Shown here: positions 38,858 to 47,951 of the stretch, piece by piece
Numbering within the stretch: the first letter of the stretch is position 1
How the letters are laid out: each line of letters begins with the position of its first letter
NCBI GenBank assembly: GCA_043819095.1
Contig: JBDRFF010000015.1
Coordinates: 1-61,691, forward strand
Direction of reading: 5' to 3'
DNA length: 61,691 nt
Source of the DNA: Candidatus Omnitrophota bacterium
GTDB taxonomy: Bacteria; Omnitrophota; Gorgyraeia; VGKH01
Program-made: the position numbers and the translations under genes
The notes under the pieces: model-generated
What the model was told of the DNA's origin: nothing
Databases searched by the model: none
What the model saw: the letters and a program-made list of their open reading frames with translations, nothing else

Positions 38858-41335
38858 ATGTTTCGATATAATCTATTAAGAAAAAACGACGGTTTTATGC
38901 TGCTTGGCACATACCTTGTTATTTCTGTGCTGATTGTCCTGGCAGCGGTCTTGTTTACTATTACTGTCAACGAACATAACTTAACAAAAAAATCCCTGGA
39001 TAGTATGGCTGCCGCGTATCAAGCGCAAAAGGGCATAGATCATGTCTTAATCGAAATAAAAAATAAACCAAGCTTCTTTACGCATCAGGCTGTAGACCAA
39101 GGTGGCAATAGTTATCTTTTAGAACCACACCCTGACGTTGCTTCTCTTACCCCTCACTTTGGTCAAATAGTTGGTGGTAATTATGTCTCTGATTCCACTG
39201 AAGGGCCCCATTTCAGAGTAAGGACATACGTAGACCCCATAAGCGGTACCGATGAAATTATTATCCTTGCCCAGGGATATAGCAGTGGCGACGAGACTAT
39301 ATCATCTCGTCGATTATTAGTATCCAAATACGTGCCTACTTCGCTGTATAAGTACTTTTTCTTCAGCCCTAGGGATCTCGATTTCTGGGGCGAGCAATAT
39401 GATGCTGATGGAGGAAGCATCCACGCTAATGGCTGGATTATTTTCAAAGCCGATGCGGATTTCTTTAATTTAGGAGAAATAAGCACTGAAAAATATTTTA
39501 AATATTACGTCAAGGGCTACGTCCCTCCTCGCGATCAGAATGCCGGCCTGGACGGAGGCGGCGTAATGAGAACCTGGGAAGAAGTTTTTTGGGGATGGAG
39601 CGACCCCTATTCTATACCAAACGACAATAATACAGGGATTGCGCTCTATGACTATTTAAATAATCCTGATGGCCATAATTATGGCAATAAAGTCGGTCTT
39701 AAGAATACGAGTGGCGGAAACTGGGACGGATTAGACCTAGAGACATTATGCGACCCGAGAGACTATGCTTGTTACTCAATTTATGCCAGAAACACCTCGA
39801 TAAACGGGGTTGATATCCCCACCTGGCTTAATACAATCTATCAAATAAATAAATATGAAGAGCTATCAGGTACAGGCTTCTGGTCTCGTGACAGATACTG
39901 GACTTATCCCGGGCAGGACATAGATGTGCAACACTTCAACAGCGATTCTCAATATACTGACTGGGCAAGCTTTCTCGCTGGTGCTGGCCTCGATAGTATA
40001 GTCAAAGATGCTAATACCGGCGGCATCCATATTGAGCCTCCGTCTATCGGCGGTTCCAGTGAATATGCAATGGCTGCATTTGAAGGAGGCATAGGTATTT
40101 TTGGAACTGAATATCCTGTGGGTTCTGGGAATTGGACTCTTTATGTAATGTTAAATGGTGAGGCGCCGATTATATTACCATTAGATGGCGAAATTACCAT
40201 CAATGACGAGATAGTGTTCGAACATGAAACTTTTACAGATGTAAACAGTGGGAAATTTAAGGATAATGTAGTCAAGGTCAATATCAAGGCGCTTAAAGAT
40301 GCTTTTCCAGGCAACGACGGTGGCCTAACGCAAAAAATAATCTATTCCACAATACCTGTAGCTATATCCCAGGCAGAGAGCATACTAGAAAGCGGGCTCA
40401 CAATCGTAGGCGCTGATAATGTGTATCTTCACGGCAATTATAATACAGGAACCGATCCAGACGATTTCTATGCTGAGGAAGATCCAAATGACACCATAGC
40501 CCGGCCTTCGGCTGTAATTACTGCAATGGATGTATACACGCTATCTGATTTTTTCTACGGCTTCAATGACTTATATGATTCTTGGTGGCCAGACCCCGAA
40601 TACGTCCCTGTACCTGAACATAATTTTAATTATCCACAGGAGTATGATTTTTATTGTCCGCAAGAAAGTTCTGGCTTTTATAATGCGAATTGTATCACAA
40701 CCTTAATTGAAGATCATAATCGGGATCCCGAAAAAACCACGCATTCCAGTTATGAGGACGGCCGAAACTGGTTTGCTGATACAAATAATCCTGATTGTGC
40801 TGGACTGCCTAATTTTTTATGTATGGCTAACCCCGTAATGGAAGACTCTTATTATTATAATGTCGCTATGGTTGGCTATAGAGGCTTTCAAGCTAGAGTA
40901 CTAGAAAGATGGCAATATCCCCTGGATGATAACGGAGACTTAACAGTTGGAAATAAAACAACCCCTCCTCCTCCAGGCAGGTCATCAAAGGAAAGAACAA
41001 TAAGGGGGGCCTTTATCCAGTTGGAAAAAGAAGACTTTGATCCAGAGGAAGTCAATAATTACTTTGATGGTTATGATAATTCTACAGCAAGGGGCTTTTG
41101 CGTAGGTGGCGGGCCTGCTGGTTATTGTCGAGATCCGGACTTTCCTGGTTGGTACTGGGATATGACTTCCGTTTCACCGGGTTCCAATTCTAACCATTTT
41201 AAGTATGAAACTCAATTTGCTCAAGGCGTTCTGCCGCCGGGAAGCCTAGTAGGATTTTCTACTGAAGTAATTTTGGAGCTGGCGAATACTGTTCATAACT
41301 GGAGTTTTCATTACAATCCCATATCTGCTCAGTAA
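38858..41335 (+). CDS. giant pseudopilin-like protein, paralog of 35946..38090
   Basis: N-terminus NDGFMLLGTYLVISVLIVLAAVLFTITVNE. Shared motifs include INDEIVFEHETF, GNYNT and VLERWQ. 825 aa. Confidence 0.6.
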   Translation: MFRYNLLRKNDGFMLLGTYLVISVLIVLAAVLFTITVNEHNLTKKSLDSMAAAYQAQKGIDHVLIEIKNKPSFFTHQAVDQGGNSYLLEPHPDVASLTPHFGQIVGGNYVSDSTEGPHFRVRTYVDPISGTDEIIILAQGYSSGDETISSRRLLVSKYVPTSLYKYFFFSPRDLDFWGEQYDADGGSIHANGWIIFKADADFFNLGEISTEKYFKYYVKGYVPPRDQNAGLDGGGVMRTWEEVFWGWSDPYSIPNDNNTGIALYDYLNNPDGHNYGNKVGLKNTSGGNWDGLDLETLCDPRDYACYSIYARNTSINGVDIPTWLNTIYQINKYEELSGTGFWSRDRYWTYPGQDIDVQHFNSDSQYTDWASFLAGAGLDSIVKDANTGGIHIEPPSIGGSSEYAMAAFEGGIGIFGTEYPVGSGNWTLYVMLNGEAPIILPLDGEITINDEIVFEHETFTDVNSGKFKDNVVKVNIKALKDAFPGNDGGLTQKIIYSTIPVAISQAESILESGLTIVGADNVYLHGNYNTGTDPDDFYAEEDPNDTIARPSAVITAMDVYTLSDFFYGFNDLYDSWWPDPEYVPVPEHNFNYPQEYDFYCPQESSGFYNANCITTLIEDHNRDPEKTTHSSYEDGRNWFADTNNPDCAGLPNFLCMANPVMEDSYYYNVAMVGYRGFQARVLERWQYPLDDNGDLTVGNKTTPPPPGRSSKERTIRGAFIQLEKEDFDPEEVNNYFDGYDNSTARGFCVGGGPAGYCRDPDFPGWYWDMTSVSPGSNSNHFKYETQFAQGVLPPGSLVGFSTEVILELANTVHNWSFHYNPISAQ

Positions 41336-41403
41336 AGCTAACAAAAAACCTTTAGCTCTTAAAGACAATCGCATACAGGAACAAAACTTGTTAGGAATTT
41401 TTT

Positions 41404-42306
41404 CTAACGGGGTAAATTTTTATCGAAGAAATCTATAACCCTTCTCTGATATTCCTTCGTATCCTGCCAATAACTTTCAGAATGTCCAGCAGAGACAGTT
41501 AAGAATAACTCTTTGGGTTGGCGGGCATGAAGGTATAATTCTTCAGCATCCTGCGGCGGCATTCTCGGGTCTTTTGTGCCACTGATAATCATTACTGGTC
41601 GGGAAGAAATTTGAGAGATTTCCTTAACAGGTGATATTTTAGAGCTATCTGTAAAAAACCTTAAACGATATGAAAGTATAGCCAATCTGCCCAAAAAGCC
41701 GCTAAAGGGAACTTTAAGCATAAATCTGGTGTGCCGGATAATCGATCTATCCAGATCTACATAAGAACTATCTGCGACAACTGCTTTTATGTCTTGATCT
41801 TCCGCAGCTACTAAGATTGCAATCGAGCCGCCCATAGAGACACCAATTACGCCGAATTCTTTTCTTTCTAATCCCTGACTATCTCTTAAAAAATCGACCG
41901 CGGCCTGTAAATCTCTTTTCTCCTGATAACCGAAGCTGGTATACCAACCCTGACTTTCGCCGTGACCGCGAAAATCAAATAATAAAATATTGTAGCCGGC
42001 GTCAAAAAGAAAATCCGCTAAAACCAAAACATCAGAACGGTTGGTGCCGAAGCCGTGGCAGATGATGATTGTGGGGCTGGCCATATCGTTAGAAATAAGC
42101 CAGCCCTTTAGAATAAAATTATCTTGCGTGAGGAATTCTACATCTTCAAATTCCATGCCGTAATCTTCGGGCGTGGAATAGAGCGGCCGTCTGGGAAAAC
42201 TACTGTTTCGCACCAGGACGAAAAACATAAAACAAAATACCCAAAAGCAGCAGACTAAAATTATCTTTAATACCAATTTATAGTTGAGTTTTAAAATTAA
42301 TTTCAT
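41404..42306 (-). CDS. alpha/beta hydrolase with N-terminal TM anchor
   Basis: HGFGTNR and nucleophile elbow GVSMGG. Confidence 0.75.
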   Translation of the reverse strand: MKLILKLNYKLVLKIILVCCFWVFCFMFFVLVRNSSFPRRPLYSTPEDYGMEFEDVEFLTQDNFILKGWLISNDMASPTIIICHGFGTNRSDVLVLADFLFDAGYNILLFDFRGHGESQGWYTSFGYQEKRDLQAAVDFLRDSQGLERKEFGVIGVSMGGSIAILVAAEDQDIKAVVADSSYVDLDRSIIRHTRFMLKVPFSGFLGRLAILSYRLRFFTDSSKISPVKEISQISSRPVMIISGTKDPRMPPQDAEELYLHARQPKELFLTVSAGHSESYWQDTKEYQRRVIDFFDKNLPR

Positions 42307-42316
42307 AGCGATTAAT

Positions 42317-43066
42317 CTATTTTACGTGCTCTCCGGTCATCGGCACGAAGACGCAACCGGAGATAAATGATTTTTCTATTTTATTATCTTTTTTCTCGAT
42401 TAAGCTCAACTTCTGATACCCGTATCCTCCTAAAGGAATAACCAATCTGCCGCCTTCGGCTAATTGTTCAATTAACGGTTCAGGGATTTCATCGACGGAA
42501 CAAGTGACAATTATCGCATCAAAAGGCGACTCTTCCGGCCAGCCTAAATAACCGTCGCCGCATTTTACATGGATGTTTTCATACCCTGATTCCTTTAGGC
42601 GCCAGCCTGCGGTCTTGGCTAATTTTGGAATTATTTCGATTGTATAAACCTCTTTGGCGATCTCCGCCAGGATCGCTGCCTGATAACCAGAGCCGGTTCC
42701 GATTTCTAAGACCTTATCGGTATCCTTTAACATTAAAGCTTCTGTCATAAGCGCAACAATATAAGGCTGGGATATAGTCTGATCCTCCCCGATTGGCAAG
42801 GCAGAATCTACGTAAGCAAATCGACGATAAGCTAACGGCAAAAAGAGATGTCTTTCTACCTTAAGCATAGCTTTTAAAACCCCTGGATCCTTTATCCCGC
42901 GGGCCTTAATTTGTTGATCTACCATAACTCTCCTTTGCTTAAAATATTGGTCGATTTCTTCAGCAAAAGAAAATCTTAATAACAAAATCAAGTTTATTGC
43001 CAAGAAAAAGGCTGCTACAAAAGTAAATAGATTAATCTTCTGTTTCATCTTTATCATTGATTTCAT
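42317..43066 (-). CDS. pcm: protein-L-isoaspartate O-methyltransferase
   Basis: ISQPYIVALMTE and SAM motif VLEIGTGSGYQAA, with an N-terminal hydrophobic segment. Confidence 0.85.
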   Translation of the reverse strand: MKSMIKMKQKINLFTFVAAFFLAINLILLLRFSFAEEIDQYFKQRRVMVDQQIKARGIKDPGVLKAMLKVERHLFLPLAYRRFAYVDSALPIGEDQTISQPYIVALMTEALMLKDTDKVLEIGTGSGYQAAILAEIAKEVYTIEIIPKLAKTAGWRLKESGYENIHVKCGDGYLGWPEESPFDAIIVTCSVDEIPEPLIEQLAEGGRLVIPLGGYGYQKLSLIEKKDNKIEKSFISGCVFVPMTGEHVK

Positions 43067-43089
43067 TTTTGGGATCGAAAAAGAAAGGA

Positions 43090-44238
43090 TTATCTTTTTA
43101 AGAAATCGGAGATTCTTAAAATCGCCTCTTTAAGATTATCAAAACTTGATGCATACGACATTCTTACGTATCCCTCACCCGACGGGCCGAATGCAGTCCC
43201 CGGCACTACAGCTACTTTTTTCTTCTTTAATAACTTCATAGCGAAATCCATTGATTTATAGCCTGTATTTTTTATTGAAGGGAATACATAGAATGCGCCT
43301 TCAGGTTTATGGCAGCTTAAGCCCAGTCGGTTTAATCCGTCGACGATAAGCTCCCGCCTTCTTTTATATTCCTTTTTCATCTGCATAGCAGACTTCATTC
43401 CGTTTTGCAAAGCCTCAAATGCTGCCAATTGGCTGATTATAGATGCGCAAAGCATTGTATATTGATGGATCTTAGTCATGCCTGAGATTATTTTTTTCGG
43501 GCCGCAGGCATAACCGATTCTAAAACCGGTCATTGCGTAAGCCTTAGAAAATCCGTTTAGATAAACCGTCCTGGACTTCATCCCCGGCAAGGTTGCAAAA
43601 GGAGTATGGCTAAAATCATAGGTTAGCTCATCGTAAACCTCATCGCTAACAACAGTCAGCTTACGCTTCTTTACGATTTTACTAAATTCTAATAGTTCTT
43701 TTTTAGAATAAGAAACGCCTGTCGGGTTAGAGGGATAATTAATCACCAAGGTCTTCGTATTCTTATCGCAAGACTCCTCTAGTTGCTGCGGAGTCAACTT
43801 AAAACCATTATTGATATTTGTTTTTAAATATATTGGCCTGCCGCCTGCAAGATAAAACACGGGGAAATACGATACGTAAGACGGCTCTAGCACTAAAATC
43901 TTATCTCCGGGATTAGTAATCGCCCTTGCTGCCAAATCAAAAGCCTCGCTCACCCCCACGGTAATAAGGATTTCATCCTCAGGATCGTAGCTAAGACCGT
44001 GTCTTTGTTTTAAGAAATGAGCGATCTCCCGCCTTAACTCTATCATACCTTTGTTAGAGGTATAAGATGTGTAGCCTTTTTCTATAGCATAAATTGCTTT
44101 TTCACGGATGCTCCAAGGCGTGACAAAGTCTGGCTCGCCCACACCCAGGGAGATAACATCTTTCATCCCTAGCACTAAATCAAAAAATGCCCGGATTCCC
44201 GAGGGGGCGATATGTTGGACTCGTTTTGAGATTTCCAT
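43090..44238 (-). CDS. class I/II PLP-dependent aminotransferase
   Basis: 382 aa. NPTG, and the PLP-lysine region SKAYAMTGFRIGY. Confidence 0.85.
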   Translation of the reverse strand: MEISKRVQHIAPSGIRAFFDLVLGMKDVISLGVGEPDFVTPWSIREKAIYAIEKGYTSYTSNKGMIELRREIAHFLKQRHGLSYDPEDEILITVGVSEAFDLAARAITNPGDKILVLEPSYVSYFPVFYLAGGRPIYLKTNINNGFKLTPQQLEESCDKNTKTLVINYPSNPTGVSYSKKELLEFSKIVKKRKLTVVSDEVYDELTYDFSHTPFATLPGMKSRTVYLNGFSKAYAMTGFRIGYACGPKKIISGMTKIHQYTMLCASIISQLAAFEALQNGMKSAMQMKKEYKRRRELIVDGLNRLGLSCHKPEGAFYVFPSIKNTGYKSMDFAMKLLKKKKVAVVPGTAFGPSGEGYVRMSYASSFDNLKEAILRISDFLKR

Positions 44239-44254
44239 TGATATCCTTTAAATC

Positions 44255-44740
44255 TTAATATGAAATTGCTAATCTTTTCGTGCGTTCTTTGCTTTTAAGA
44301 ATCTGGCTGTCTTCTTTGTATTTCTTCAATAAGAAGTGCGTGACTGTCCCACGAACATTTTCCATAGGAGCGAGTTTCTCTGCAACAAAATTCGATACAG
44401 TCTGGATATCCTTTCCTTCGATGATTAATAAAAGATCATAAGTTCCTGATACAAGATAACAGCTCGTAACCTCGGGGAATCGATAGATCCTCTCTGCTAA
44501 ATAATCAAATCCCACATCTTTCTGCGGCAGAACATTTACCTCGATCAATGCCCTTACGCCGATTGCTTGCTCTTTAAGCAATTCTTTATTGATGACTGTT
44601 TTATACTTTAAGATTACGCCGTTTTTTTCGTATTGTTTAATCGAAGATTTAATTTTGTTAACGGACTTTTTCGTCATTTTTGCAATCTCTTGCGGCGTTA
44701 TACGTGCGTCTTTCTCTAAAATCTCTAGAATCTCGTCCAT
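44255..44740 (-). CDS. Lrp/AsnC-family transcriptional regulator
   Basis: Start moved to MDEILEILEKDARITPQEIAKMT (ATG 44740, GGAGGAG upstream). The track's extension to 44875 reads through repeat copy C. Confidence 0.8.
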   Translation of the reverse strand: MDEILEILEKDARITPQEIAKMTKKSVNKIKSSIKQYEKNGVILKYKTVINKELLKEQAIGVRALIEVNVLPQKDVGFDYLAERIYRFPEVTSCYLVSGTYDLLLIIEGKDIQTVSNFVAEKLAPMENVRGTVTHFLLKKYKEDSQILKSKERTKRLAISY

Positions 44741-44752
44741 TTCTCCTCCTTT

Positions 44753-44911
44753 AAAGACGACACAACTTATGGAGTCCCATGACGACATAAGTTGTAGGTC
44801 GGAATTGAACCCCGCCCTTTTGGCAGAACATAATTTTATCCTCGCCAAAAGGGCGGGGTTAGTTCGAATACACAACTTACGTCGCTAACGCTCCGTAAGT
44901 TGTATTCTCAC
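44753..44911 (-). repeat. family 1 element, copy C (159 bp)
   Basis: acaacttatg/cataagttgt; ccccgcccttttggc/gccaaaagggcgggg (compensated stem variant); acaacttacg/cgtaagttgt. Confidence 0.85.
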
Positions 44912-44936
44912 TAATTTTACCATCTGAACATTTAAA

Positions 44937-45050
44937 GTCAACACATTCGTATAGCACACAAGCATTGAAAATTAATTTCTATATTATCTCTACTCAGTGT
45001 TGATACTGAGAGCGACCCCAAAGTAACTTCGGGGTCGCCGAATGTATCAA
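44937..45050 (-). repeat. family 2 element, copy 2 (114 bp)
   Basis: Same termini and central cagtgttgatactgag as copy 1. A different but perfectly paired hairpin gcgacccc...ggggtcgc. Abuts the hypD stop codon. Confidence 0.65.
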
Positions 45051-46154
45051 TTAAAATGCTCGCCTATGGGCGTGCCTGTAATAAATACCACAGGTTCCTT
45101 CGACAGAAACCATGCAAGGACCTAAAGGATTCTTAGGGCTACAGGCCTTGGCAAAACTCGGGCACTTTGGCGGCCTGATTTTACCTTTTAATACTTCGCC
45201 GCACAGACATTTAGTTTTTAGCGTTTTTATTTGTTTAATCTTTACCGGAATTTTTCTTTCGGCATCAAAACTGGAAAATTCTTTCTTTAGCCTCAGGGCG
45301 CTTTTCTTTATAATACCTAAACCCCTCCAATCTGAATCGCAGACATCAAAGATCCCCGAAACAATCCTTTTGGCTTGGGGGTTTCCTTCTTTTTTCACTA
45401 CTCGACGATATTGGATAATTACTTCAGATTTTTTCTTATTGACCTGCTCTACCAAGTACAATAACGATTCTAACAAATCTAAGGGTTCGAATCCGGCAAC
45501 AACGCAAGGAATACCAAAATCCTTAGCTACTTTCTCATAAGGCCTTGAACCGATTATCACGCTGACATGGCCCGGGCAGATAAAGCCTTGCAGATTCAAT
45601 TTTTTATCGGATGCGATAATCTCCATTGCCGGCGGAATTAATTTATGAGAACAGAGCACGAAAAAATTATTAATTTTCTCTTTTTTCGCCTGCAATATCG
45701 TTAATGCCGTTGTGGGAATGGTTGTCTCAAAACCGACTGCCAGAAAGATAATCTTCTTTGAAGGATTATTTTTAGCTATCTTTAATGCATCAAGGCTGGA
45801 ATATACAACCTTAATACTAGCGCCTTTTGCTTTTTGTTTTTCCAAAGAAGAATTGGTTCCGGGAACGCGCATCATATCGCCGAATGTCGCAATAATTGTA
45901 TCTTTTAATCTGGAATATTCTATCGCCTTATCCATATATCCTTGGCTTGATACGCAAACAGGGCAGCCCGGCCCGGAAAGAATCTCAATATTTTCCGGAA
46001 GCAGGCTCCCAATGCCGAACTTGAAGAAACTCTGCGTATGCGTACCGCAGACTTCCATAAAAGCAATTCTTTTATCGCGAGGCGTAATCTTATGAATCTT
46101 ATTCGAAAGATTCTTGATTATTGATTTATTTCTGTATTCATCTATATATTTCAT
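45051..46154 (-). CDS. hypD: hydrogenase maturation protein HypD
   Basis: CGTHT, GPGCPVCV, GFETT and CPGHVS motifs. Confidence 0.9.
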   Translation of the reverse strand: MKYIDEYRNKSIIKNLSNKIHKITPRDKRIAFMEVCGTHTQSFFKFGIGSLLPENIEILSGPGCPVCVSSQGYMDKAIEYSRLKDTIIATFGDMMRVPGTNSSLEKQKAKGASIKVVYSSLDALKIAKNNPSKKIIFLAVGFETTIPTTALTILQAKKEKINNFFVLCSHKLIPPAMEIIASDKKLNLQGFICPGHVSVIIGSRPYEKVAKDFGIPCVVAGFEPLDLLESLLYLVEQVNKKKSEVIIQYRRVVKKEGNPQAKRIVSGIFDVCDSDWRGLGIIKKSALRLKKEFSSFDAERKIPVKIKQIKTLKTKCLCGEVLKGKIRPPKCPSFAKACSPKNPLGPCMVSVEGTCGIYYRHAHRRAF

Positions 46155-46351
46155 TTGAATAATTTTAAGGTTTTCTTGGCCTCTTTCTCGTCGAGCTTCT
46201 GGATTCCGAAACCCGCATGCACGATTATATAATCTCCCACTTTTATATTCGGGATGAGCTGGATGTTTGCTTTTCGCTTAACCGCACCGATAGAAACAAC
46301 CGCCATCTCATTTTTAATCTCAACTATTTTCATGGGAACCGCTAAACACAT
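46151..46351 (-). CDS. hypC: hydrogenase maturation chaperone HypC
   Basis: 66 aa beginning MCLAVPMKIVEI. Confidence 0.85.
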   Translation of the reverse strand: MCLAVPMKIVEIKNEMAVVSIGAVKRKANIQLIPNIKVGDYIIVHAGFGIQKLDEKEAKKTLKLFK

Positions 46352-46353
46352 AT

Positions 46354-47499
46354 TTATTGCCTCGACTTGGCGTTGGCGATTATTGCCTGGCCAATGCTTA
46401 TTCCTGCGTCATTTACTGGAATATCTTTATGGATAAAGACCTTAAATTTCTCCTTGCGCAATAAATCCTGCGCCAATTCCGAAACAATCCGATTCTGAAA
46501 TACCCCACCGCTAAACACAACTTTATTTAAATTATTCTTCTTCCTTAAAATCAAACATACATCTTTTACCATCTTGGCGACAGTACAATGAAATTTATAA
46601 GCCATTTTATCCTTAGAGGTTTTTTTCTTCAGATCTTTAATAATCTGTCTGAACATCAAGCTTGGATCAATTATCAAATAACCATTTTCATTTATTTTGA
46701 AACTATAGCTGCTAAACGACGAATCTATAGCAGAAAAAGCCATCTCTTCTAATTCCATTGGTCCTTGAGCCTCAAATTCTACTTTTTCTCTTTTTGTAAT
46801 TAAACTGGCGGCAGCATCAAAAAGTCTTCCCATGCTCGAAGTCAAAGGAGAGTTGATATCTTTATCCAGCATCTGCTTCACTATTTTTAATTTTGTTTTA
46901 TTTAGCTTCTTTATAAAATCAATATCTAATTTTAAAACTTTATCTTTAAAGATGCTATTTAGCCAGCTTATGCTCATGCGCCAAGGCTCCAATATCGCCA
47001 GATTAGCGCCTGGCATGGGAATATATTTTAAATGGGCAACGCGCTTAGAATCAGCAAAATCAGCCACGAGAAACTCGCCTCCCCAGATATTGCCGTCGCT
47101 ACCATATCCTGTACCGTCAAAAGCAACTCCGATGACTTTTCCCTTTATTTTATTAAATAACATAGCCGCCGCGATATGCGCGTGATGATGCTGGATACCG
47201 ATAGCTTTATCGATTGCGTTCTTCTTAGCAAAATCTAACGCTAGTTTAGTAGAATGGTATCCAGGATGCAAATCATAAGCAATAATTTTCGGCTTTGCTT
47301 TTAAATTTTTGATTAATAAAGGAATTGCCTTTTCGTATTTAAGAAATTTTTCAAAATCTTCTAGATCACCATTGTTTTTGCTGAGATATATGTGTTTATG
47401 TTTAGCAAGGCAAAAAGTATTTTTCAATTCTGTCCCGAATGCCAAAATAGCATCTTTAAAATTAATCGGCGATTTAATAATCTTAGCGTCTTTTAACAT
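46354..47499 (-). CDS. HypF C-terminal (Kae1-like) domain protein; lacks acylphosphatase, zinc-finger and YrdC-like parts
   Basis: 381 aa. AFGTELKNTFCL, DLHPGYHST and QHHHAHIAA resemble the C-terminal half of HypF. Directly upstream of hypC-hypD. Confidence 0.65.
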   Translation of the reverse strand: MLKDAKIIKSPINFKDAILAFGTELKNTFCLAKHKHIYLSKNNGDLEDFEKFLKYEKAIPLLIKNLKAKPKIIAYDLHPGYHSTKLALDFAKKNAIDKAIGIQHHHAHIAAAMLFNKIKGKVIGVAFDGTGYGSDGNIWGGEFLVADFADSKRVAHLKYIPMPGANLAILEPWRMSISWLNSIFKDKVLKLDIDFIKKLNKTKLKIVKQMLDKDINSPLTSSMGRLFDAAASLITKREKVEFEAQGPMELEEMAFSAIDSSFSSYSFKINENGYLIIDPSLMFRQIIKDLKKKTSKDKMAYKFHCTVAKMVKDVCLILRKKNNLNKVVFSGGVFQNRIVSELAQDLLRKEKFKVFIHKDIPVNDAGISIGQAIIANAKSRQ

Positions 47500-47512
47500 T
47501 TGTGATTATTTA

Positions 47513-47932
47513 TTATTCTCCAATAAATTGTAGCAGGACTTTTCTGCGGCGCGCTCGGTTGTCGAAATCAATAAAGATTATCTGCTGCCAGGTTCCTAAA
47601 TATAGCTGGCCGTCTACAAAGGAAACCGCTAGGTTGGAGCCGACAATCAAAGCGCGCAGATGAGAATGGGCATTACCGTCTTGCCAGGTTGCGTCATGAT
47701 CATATCCTTTATGTTTAGGGATAAGATCTTCGAAAGTCTTTTTTAAATCGTTAATCAAAGCCGGTTCGTACTCACATGTAGTTATAGCAGAGGTCGAGCC
47801 CAAAACAGAAATATTAACGATTCCGTCTTTTAATTTAGCCTTTTTTAATCTTGATACTACCTCCTCGGTAATATCTAATATGTCGGTATTGCCTTTTGTA
47901 GAAAAATTTATATAATCGCTAACGAGCTTCAT
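47513..47932 (-). CDS. YjbQ/UPF0047 family protein
   Basis: 139 aa. NAHSHLRALIVGS...LGTWQQIIFIDFD. Confidence 0.8.
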   Translation of the reverse strand: MKLVSDYINFSTKGNTDILDITEEVVSRLKKAKLKDGIVNISVLGSTSAITTCEYEPALINDLKKTFEDLIPKHKGYDHDATWQDGNAHSHLRALIVGSNLAVSFVDGQLYLGTWQQIIFIDFDNRARRRKVLLQFIGE

Positions 47933-47951
47933 AAAATTTTATTGATTGGAA

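Noticed and set aside
41336-41403. Terminator after the pseudopilin operon (agctaa...ttagct)
   Set aside because: The stem is only 6 bp, with a 10-nt loop and no following T-tract. This is too weak to call.
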